The position numbers and the translations under genes were made by a program. The notes below the pieces were generated by a model, which was given only the letters and a program-made list of their open reading frames with translations, was not told where the DNA came from and ran no database searches. Source: Emiliania huxleyi CCMP1516 (lineage: Eukaryota). From it: DNA of 64,000 nucleotides. The stretch covers positions 124,001-188,000 of the forward strand of contig NW_005201403.1 in the NCBI RefSeq assembly GCF_000372725.1, in the 5' to 3' direction. Within the stretch, counting starts at the first letter, position 1. Each line of letters begins with the position of its first letter. Of the stretch, positions 56,502 to 64,000 are shown piece by piece.

Positions 56502-58235
56502 GGTGCCGCGCCTTCAGGCGCACGGCAGCTCCCCTGTGCGCGGCCCGCGGCACAGGGGCGTCAGAGCGCGGACGCCGGACCTTGCGGAGAGCGGGTCTCT
56601 GCGCGCGCGCGCGGCGGGCGAAGGCGCAGCACGCGCTGGGTGGGGAGAGAGTGTCGGGCCGCGCGCGCGCGTCTCAGCCGCAACGCGAGCGAGGCAGACA
56701 GCAAGTTTATGGGGTCGAGCGCACCAGGCATTGAAAAGAAATAACCGCGCCGCGTGGGTACCCGGAGGGGTGGGGGAACGGACGCAAGGAAGACTTCTTT
56801 TCGAGAGGCTTCTCCACGCTCCGCTCGTCGACTCCCACGCTCTCGTCGACGGCGGACATGGGCTCGACGAAAGCGCGGCAACTCAGGCGAGCCAGGGAGC
56901 TAGCGGAGCAGCAGGCGGCGGCGGGAGCCGGAGCGGGAGCGGAGCCGCATCGTCCCGCTCCTGTGCCTCATCGCTCTCCTGTGCCCCACGAACCCTTGCA
57001 CGTCTCGCGCGCGCGGCGCGCGTGAACAGGGCCGCGTGAACAGGGCACCACGCCATTCGCTCTCTAACCTGGCAACCCCCTGTCTGCACGTCTCGCGCGC
57101 GCGTGAATAGGGCGCTACTGGATGAGGGGATGAACGCCGTGGTGCAGAGAACCCGTCTCCTAAAATTGTTACTACAGCCGTTTTGCTTTGGGGATACATT
57201 GGAGGAGGAGCAGGAAGGCAGGAGGGCTGTGTCGGAGCTCCGATCCTTGTGCTTGTCTCCCTCGTTTGGCGCGGCATCGAGGAGGCAGCGACGGGCTAGA
57301 AACAAAGGCACAATTCCCTTTTTAGTAACGTGCTAACAACTATCGAAATCGCACCCTACGCTATCCTCCAAGCTTCGACTTGCCCCACTCGGCCATGATC
57401 TTGTCGTCGTCGGTCTTGTTCCCCTCCTCGAGGTCGAGCCGGTTCCGGAAGCCGCCGCCCGTGCCGGTGATCGTCGGCGCGATCGGCATCGATGGAGGCA
57501 GCTGGAAGATCTCAGAGCCCGTCTTAGTCGCGCAGCACGCGCTGGGTGGGGAGAGAGTGTCGGGCCGCGCGCGCGCGTCTCAGCCGCAACGCGAGCGAGG
57601 CAGACAGCAAGTTTATGGGTCGAGCGCACCACACCTTGTGACGGTGCCCTGGCAAAATCGTCCCGATTTCGATGCGCGATTTAGCTAAGTCCCAGAGCCG
57701 TTTACGCATGAGCGGGCCCCCTCACCAGCCTAGGGCTCGCGCTTCTGGCCCGAGGTGTCGCCGCTGCCTCCCGCGCCCTCCGGCGCCTGCTGCTACTGCC
57801 GGTCGGCCGGTCGGGTCCGCGCGACGGCTCCATCCTCGAGACGTAGCGGTCGCTGAGCGCTTTCTCGACCGCTACGTCTTCCAGTGCACCCACCCACCGC
57901 GACCCTCGAACCTGCGCTGCGCGGCGCAGTTGCTGCCGAGCGAGACGCCCCCGCCCGCGCAGGGGCGGCATCACCAGACGCTACCGCATGGCCGAGCAGC
58001 GAGCAGTGTGTGCCGCAGTGCCCGTCCGGGCCCTCTTGCAGCTGCCTCTATTGGGCGTAAACCGCGGATATAAGGGTCTATACGGAGGTGGGTGGCCTCT
58101 TAGAGGTATGGGAGCCGCTGGCACCGCGCTGGGCGCCGCGGATGCACGTACGAACGAACATTATGAAATCGGGACGATTTTGACCCAAAAATCACAAGGT
58201 GGGCATTGAAAAGAAATAACGGGGCGGGGCGCGAG

Positions 58236-58495
58236 GAAAGAAAGAAAGAAAGAAAACAGACACGCCAAACGAGGGATGGGACGAGGACAGGGTCCCCACC
58301 TGCACGAGCAGGATTTTGGAAGAACGATCAGGGGGACAGGTGGGGCTCTCCTGCTCCTGACAAGGGACACGACAGGCTCGCAGCGCGGTGCGCGGTGGAC
58401 TCCCACATCCACTGGCGGTCTCATCTCAGTCTAGCGACCTGCCTCCAGCTTGTCGCTGGCAGTCTCTCCCTACCACAGGCACACTGACACAGGGG
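58236..58495 (-). mobile_element. Repeat family B copy
   Basis: Near-identical to 13350-13505 and 19730-19912. Confidence 0.8.
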
Positions 58496-58610
58496 TGGCA
58501 GGGGCGGCGGCACGAGTCTCCCACATACTATGCGGGCCTCACCGACTAGAGGTGCGGCCTGTGCGTGTCCTCGCCCTTGAGGGGGGAGGGGAAGGGGCTG
58601 TGTGTCTGTG

Positions 58611-58730
<120 letters not shown>

Positions 58731-59001
58731 CGAGCCGCCCTGAACGCCACGAGCGCGCCGCGAGCGCCGTAGCGCCGGCGAGCGCCGTCGGCAGCGCGCG
58801 ACCGCCACCCAAAAGCGGAGGTACATCAGGAGCCGCAGCCGGCCTGCTCTATCAGCCCCGCAGCCGCGGTGGCGCGACCGGACCGCGGTCGCTCCAGGCG
58901 CCTTTGGGCGAGGGGTGGGGGAACGGACCGCAGGAAGACTTCTTTTCGAGAGGCTCTCCACGCTCCGCTCGTCGACTCCCACGCTCTCGTCGACGGCGGA
59001 C

Positions 59002-60355
59002 ATGGGCTCGACGAAAGCGCGGCAACTCAGGCGAGCCAGGGAGCTGGCGGAGCAGCAGGCGGCGGCGGGAGCCGGAGCGGGAGCGGCGGAGCGGCTGCCG
59101 CCGGCGGCGGGAGCGGCGGTAGCCGAGCCGCATCGTCCTGTAGCCGAGACGCAGCGTCCAGAGGCGGAGCCATCCTCCACGCCTCCCGCCGCGCCGCCGG
59201 GCAAGAAGCGCAAGCGCAAGGACAAGCCACCACCCGCCGCCGCGCCGCCCGAGGCCGGCTCGACCGTCGGGCCGTGCAACGTGTGCGGCCGCGTGGGCCA
59301 CCTGGGCCGCACGTGCCCGACCCGCGCGTGCCGCAAGTGCGGCGGGTTTGGCCACATCGCGAAGCACTGCGCCGGGCCAAAGGGCGCCGGGTGCAGCCAC
59401 TGCGGCTCGCAGCTGCACGCCGCGGCAGAGTGTACCTTTGGCGCTCTGCCGGGAGAGCGGTACCTCTTTTGCGCGCGCGAGGCGGAGGCGGGGGCGTGCG
59501 GCTGCTTCTCGCGCCACTTTGTGATTCCGATGCGGCTCGCGCGCACCGACTTTGCGCCGCGCGAGCTCCGCCAGGGCAGAGTGGACTCGCGTGCTCGCGC
59601 TCTCCCATGCCACGCGTCCATGACGCGTCCAGTGCATGTCCACAGGCAGGATGGACGTCGGCTGCTCGTGCGTCTCTGCCGCGCTGTTCCGCTCGCAGAG
59701 CCTGCGGGGCAACACGTGCGTCTCGCTCTGCTTCAAGGAGGAGGCGCAGCGGCTCGAGGTGCGCGGCGCCTCGATCCGCCGACTCCAGCCCGACGACTTC
59801 TCGGTCGCGGTGCGGCTGCACGCGGCGATGGCCTCGCCTGCCGGGCCAGCGGACGGGGTCGGGCCGGGCGGCGAGGTGTGCGACGCGGCCGCGTACTCGC
59901 AGTCGGACCGGCGAGGCTTCCTGCTGAGGCCGGGCTCGACGGAGGAGGCCGTGCGGGCGGCGCTCGCGGAGAGCGACCCGCCGCCGGCCGTCCTGCTGCT
60001 GCACGCGCGCGGAGAGCCGATCGAGGCGGCGTGCGCGCGGCTGCAGCCGCTGCTGCGGCGGCAGGCCGGCGAGGGAGGCGCGGCGCGCGGCGTGGTGGTC
60101 GTGCTCGGCGACGACCGCGGCCTCCTCGACGACGACGAGGCGCTCGTCGCGAGGCTGGCGGGCGAGGCGGGCGCGCCGCTGCTGCGCGTCTCGCTGGGAG
60201 GTGTGGTGCTCTTCTCGTCGCACTCGATCGTGCTGCTGCACCACTACCTCGACAAGCTGCTGCACGCGTGCGCGCTCCGCCCCCCGCGCGACCTGCTCGC
60301 CAAGGCCAAGGGGGTGCTGGGAGGGCCCAGCTACAAGGGCTCGTACAAGGGCTAG
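59002..60355 (+). CDS. Triple zinc-knuckle + TrmY-like SPOUT RNA methyltransferase
   Basis: KKRKRK, three CX2CX4HX4C knuckles, then G|RMDVGCSCVSAALFRSQSLR...VRGASIRRLQPDD...VVLGDDRGL...VSLGGVVLFSSHSIVLLHHYLD, matching the TrmY pattern GRLD..CR...ALF.S...R, PDE, LGDH.G, SLG...H.I..H..LD. Intron 59576-59645. Confidence 0.8.
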
Positions 60356-60654
60356 CTGCACGTTCTCTGGCCGCTTGCCGTGTGTTTGCGCCCTGTCCTC
60401 TCATGCCCTGTGCGAAGTCCTGTGCCGTGTGCGCTGACCGCTGTGGTGTAGCTCGTAGCAAGTACTGGCATCGGGACCGATCGAACTACGACCATCCGAC
60501 CGTTTCTGATTTTTTCTTTGCGCGGCTGAACACCCCCTCACCCGACTCCCGACACGTTGGGGTATTTTCTACGGGGTGGCTACTCCGCCGCCCGCCGCCG
60601 CCTAACCCCGCTCAGACGGCCCGCAGGCTGGTCCCTTTCGCGGCGAGAACAACG

Positions 60655-61542
60655 TCACCCACCGCCTCCCGCGCCGCCGCCGGGCCCTCGCCGCAGGTTT
60701 ACCAGGAATGGCAGGGAGAGCCGCTCTTGGCGGCCTCCGGGCACGGCGACGCGGTGCAGCACGGCGCACTCCATCGGCATCCGCTCGCGGAGCGGCGCGC
60801 TCTCGAGCCACTCGAGGCCCACCGTCAGGATGAGCGCGCCCTCCTCCCACGGCAGCTCGACGCACGCCCACTCGTCCTCGCGCGCCTCGCGCAGCTCGAC
60901 GGCCGACGCGGTCGGCAGGCCGAGGCCGAGCACCTGCTCCGCCGTCCAGCGGCCGCCCTCGCCGCCCTCGCCGCCCTCGCCCTCCTCGCCCCCCCGCCCG
61001 TCGCGCGGCATCAGCACCTCGAGCCCCGGCCCGTTGGCCCACAGAAGCGTGAGCACCGTCGAGTCGATGTGCGCGCCGAGCCGCGGCGCCGCAGCCTCCC
61101 CGCCGCGCTGCGGGTAGCGCCGGAGGCAGAGCCGGCCCTCGAGCCGGCCTGCGCGCGCCTCCGCCTCGGCGTCCGACTCGACGCCCAGCGCGACTCGCAG
61201 CAGCCGCGCGCTCAGCCCGAGCAGCGCGGAACGCAGCTCCTCCGCCCGCTCGTGCAGCGGGCCGTCGAGCGCGAGCGCCTCCTGCTCCGGCTCGGCAGAG
61301 GCGCCGGCCGCGCGGGCGGCGGCGTGGTGCTCGCGCGCCGTATGCGCCAGCTCCGTGCACGCGCGCTCCAGCCCGTGCCCCTTGATTGCCAGCACCGGGC
61401 TGAGCGCGCCCCGCACGCCGGCGAGCGCGGCGCGAATCTCCGCGTCGGAGGAGCGCATGTCGAGCGTGGGAGGAACGACGGTGCGCCTGCTGCGGCGTGT
61501 TTCGAGCGCGCTGGTGGCGCAGGCCGCCACAGCGCAGCGCAT
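60655..61542 (-). CDS. 2-oxoglutarate/Fe(II)-dependent oxygenase (IPNS-like)
   Basis: LRRYP...LGAHIDSTVLTLLWANGPGLEV (HxD), LHRV (distal His), RLSLPF (RxS). Start uncertain. Confidence 0.85.
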   Translation of the reverse strand: MRCAVAACATSALETRRSRRTVVPPTLDMRSSDAEIRAALAGVRGALSPVLAIKGHGLERACTELAHTAREHHAAARAAGASAEPEQEALALDGPLHERAEELRSALLGLSARLLRVALGVESDAEAEARAGRLEGRLCLRRYPQRGGEAAAPRLGAHIDSTVLTLLWANGPGLEVLMPRDGRGGEEGEGGEGGEGGRWTAEQVLGLGLPTASAVELREAREDEWACVELPWEEGALILTVGLEWLESAPLRERMPMECAVLHRVAVPGGRQERLSLPFLVNLRRGPGGGAGGGG

Positions 61543-61719
61543 ACACACACACACACACACACACAGCGAGCTACAGCGTGTAAACGGAAGAAGAAGAATT
61601 TCGGCCCTCGCACAACACTGTGCACGCCCTGCGAGCGGGGCGGGGTGCGCACTGTCCCTCTGTGTTCGTGTGCGTCGCCCATCTCTCCCTGGAGATGCCT
61701 GCTCTATTTATTTATTTAT

Positions 61720-62382
61720 TGGGCACGGGAGAAGAATATAGGGTGGATAAAGCGCCTGTTCACGGCATGGAGGGTGAGCCACACCGAACGTACCGAGCGA
61801 AGAGCCGAGCGGAAGGAGGACGGGGAAGATGACTCCGAGGAGGACGAACCAGTGGAAATCCAGTTGTCAGATGTCACGATGCATCCGAAGGGGACCCCAG
61901 CGCCGGCATCATCCGTAGAGGCACGAGTGTTCGAAGAGAGAGTGGACCTGAGCAACAACATGACCTGTAGGCAAATGATCGGAGTGGGAGTCAGAAATGT
62001 GGTCCTTGCGCGAGGGGAGCTCGATGGACTCGAGGGGCCAGGATACGCCGCGAGGAGGACGGAGTTGCGCCGAAAGGCGAAAGAAGCCGCGAGAACAAGG
62101 GACCGGCAGGCGGCGGCGTCGCAGGACGAGGCAGAAGAGAACGACGCGACAGAGGAGGAAGTGACAAGGGAGAGAACGACGAGAGTGGGACGACCGCGAG
62201 GTGGCATGAAGGTTGCAGCGAGAATCGGCGAGAGACTGCGAAGAGAGATAGGAAGAGGCAGACTCCCTAGGGTGGGCGACGGCTAGCGCACCACACACCT
62301 CTCCTTAAAATCCCTGTGTGGTGGCGGCGTGCCGTCCTCCCATCCCTCCCTTGGGTTGTCTGTTTTCTTTCTTTCTTTCTTT
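61720..62382 (+). mobile_element. Family C: longest copy, ORF end + 3' UTR + (TTTC)n tail of a 5'-truncated LINE-like element
   Basis: Purine-rich open frame ending GRLPRVGDG* at 62286. Shorter copies at 51350, 42189 and 41796 share this 3' region. Confidence 0.65.
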
Positions 62383-63505
62383 ACTGGGCACGGGACTGGC
62401 TCGCACTGGCACTAACACAGGTACACCACGGGAGCCGCCTAAGCGACTCCTGCGAGGGCGGCGAGGCACTTAGCTCCGTGCACCCGCCCACCCCCGCCAC
62501 AGGCAAGCTCATTCACAACCTGCTCTGCGATTGCCGTGTGAAGAACGACACTGAGATACGCTGCTTCTGCAGCCCCAGCCAATTCTTAGTGGTCCAAGAA
62601 GAAGAAATGCTGTGCGCGGAAAACGGTGGCATAACGGCGTGAGCCTTGGCCGCCTCTGTCAGTGTGCCCGTGATAGTGAGAGACTGCCAGTGAGAAGCCG
62701 GAGGAAGGTCGCTAGTCGAGAGAGATCGCCAGTGGAGTAGGGAGTCCACCGTGCTGCGAGCCTGTCGCTGACAACCCTTGTCGTTGGCCTGTACGAGGTT
62801 TTCCGGAAAACAAAAAGGAAAACAGAGGGTCCCCAGCACTTTGCGTTGCCGGAAATTTCCAGGGAAAACAGAGGGTGTTTGGTGCTCCATTCTGGAAACT
62901 CGCGAGTTTCCCTGAGTCTGAGAGCTGGTCTGGGGCAAAATCTGAGGCAAAATTGAGGAATCGACAAAATACCCAGGCGGTCGCAGGGTAATTTCCAGGT
63001 CTACACGGGTTCTCCGCAAAATTCCCGGCATTTTGACGATTTGGCCTAAAATTTGGCTGATTTTGGGCCCAAACCAGCCTCAGACTCGGCTCAGAGCCAA
63101 AAATTTGACGATTTCCACGGAGTTTTCTCGGGAAAATAGAGAGGAAAAGAGAGGGTGCTGTAGAGAAAAAAGGAAAGGAAAACAGACGGGGTGCGAGAGG
63201 AAAACCTCGTACAGCCTAACCTTGTCGGGAGCAGGAGAACTAGGAGAGCGCAACCAGTAGGAGGCCCGCGCCTGCCCCCGGTGCCGCCGGGTGCAACCTG
63301 TCCTATACGAGAGGGGGGGGATTCCTGGAACCCTGTCGTGTGGGTGAACCCTCAGCCCCCCTCCGTGTGACCGTGTCGCGATGCGCTCCAAGAGAAGGAG
63401 AAAGGGTTTCTAAAATCTTTCCCGCTCCCGTTCCTTCCCCTGTGTCCCTGATCGTCCTTACAAGATCTCCTGCCTGCTCGTGTCCTTCTCCCACCCCTCG
63501 TTTGG
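62383..63505 (+). mobile_element. Family B copy interrupted by a MITE
   Basis: 62638-62782 and 63221-63505 are the reverse complement of the contiguous 13545-13931. Confidence 0.8.
62783..63220. mobile_element. 438-bp MITE with 22-bp TIRs and a 6-bp TSD (CTTGTC)
   Basis: Left end GTTGGCCTGTACGAGGTTTTCC; right end reverse-complements to GTTAGGCTGTACGAGGTTTTCC. CTTGTC at 62777-62782 and 63221-63226. Empty site at about 13788-13793. Confidence 0.9.
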
Positions 63506-64000
63506 TGAATACTTGCGGTAGACCTACATTTCAGACCCCCGTATCCGCAAGGAGCCTGAACCCACTCCGCAGCGGACATATGCTTATTTAGAACTTAGCA
63601 ACTTCCGCAGTGGAAACATCAGCCTCATAATCAAACCTCTCACTGCGGCTTGTATCTTAGTGTTCGCGGTCAAAAACGATCTGAGCAAGTCCCGAGGTGC
63701 ATCCATGTGTGACACTGCCCTTAGAACATTTCTTTTTCAATCTTGATGCGTGATCTGTCAGAACATGCCATGGCGCCGCTTCCTTACGGTCTGCGACCTA
63801 ATGCCCAAGTCCTCTATTGCTGCTACTTGCATCATCTTGTTAATGTTGCGTCGAGCCAATGCTAACCACCTCCTTAGGCGTTTGATCACGGAGAAATACA
63901 AGCCAGTGGCCGCCCGCACCCCGCCTCCCGCAGAGAGCCCCGTCGTCACCAACTCGTTGCCCATGTATCCGACACCAGAGATCTCAACGGGGCGCATGCG

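Noticed and set aside
54750..56744. 664-aa plus-strand ORF and similar Arg/Ala/Pro-rich antisense ORFs throughout the window
   Set aside because: Stop-poor shadows of GC3-rich genes on the opposite strand.
58915..62286. 1123-aa ORF
   Set aside because: Accidental read-through in GC-rich DNA: zinc-knuckle exon, then out-of-frame TrmY exon, antisense of the oxygenase and a LINE ORF end.
63758..63997. 79-aa ORF at the window edge
   Set aside because: Too short and truncated, with no recognisable family.

Overview
A GC-rich eukaryotic nuclear scaffold with three N-gaps. Its short GC-AG and GT-AG introns, 10-11-bp intronic minisatellites, TTAGGG-type telomere-like repeats and bipartite plastid presequences fit a haptophyte alga such as Emiliania/Gephyrocapsa; this is an inference and was not tested. 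I can reconstruct about 20 mostly spliced genes by hand. They encode an Aha1-LRR-PDZ protein, a TPR/DnaJ co-chaperone, a sulfotransferase fusion, a Cys-repeat surface protein, a Tic110-like protein, mitochondrial uS5, a CAP-Gly/zinc-finger...Ufd1-UBX protein, a plastid FKBP, presenilin, an LNR/kringle membrane protein, a MANF/SAP-like ER protein, two glycosyltransferase-like proteins, a bestrophin-like channel, a SAPS/PP6 subunit, a zinc-knuckle TrmY-like SPOUT methyltransferase and a 2OG-Fe(II) oxygenase. Between the genes lie non-LTR retroelement relics, a MITE and three dispersed repeat families. The most striking signal is a recurrent intron architecture in at least 14 introns, mostly 63-78 nt long. 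The 5' part of the intron copies up to 32 nt of the following exon start, and an unrelated, often AT-rich filler then supplies the AG acceptor. Some fillers are related across unlinked genes and the copies range from perfect to decayed, which suggests an ongoing intron-generating process. All exon boundaries are manual inferences without transcript data.
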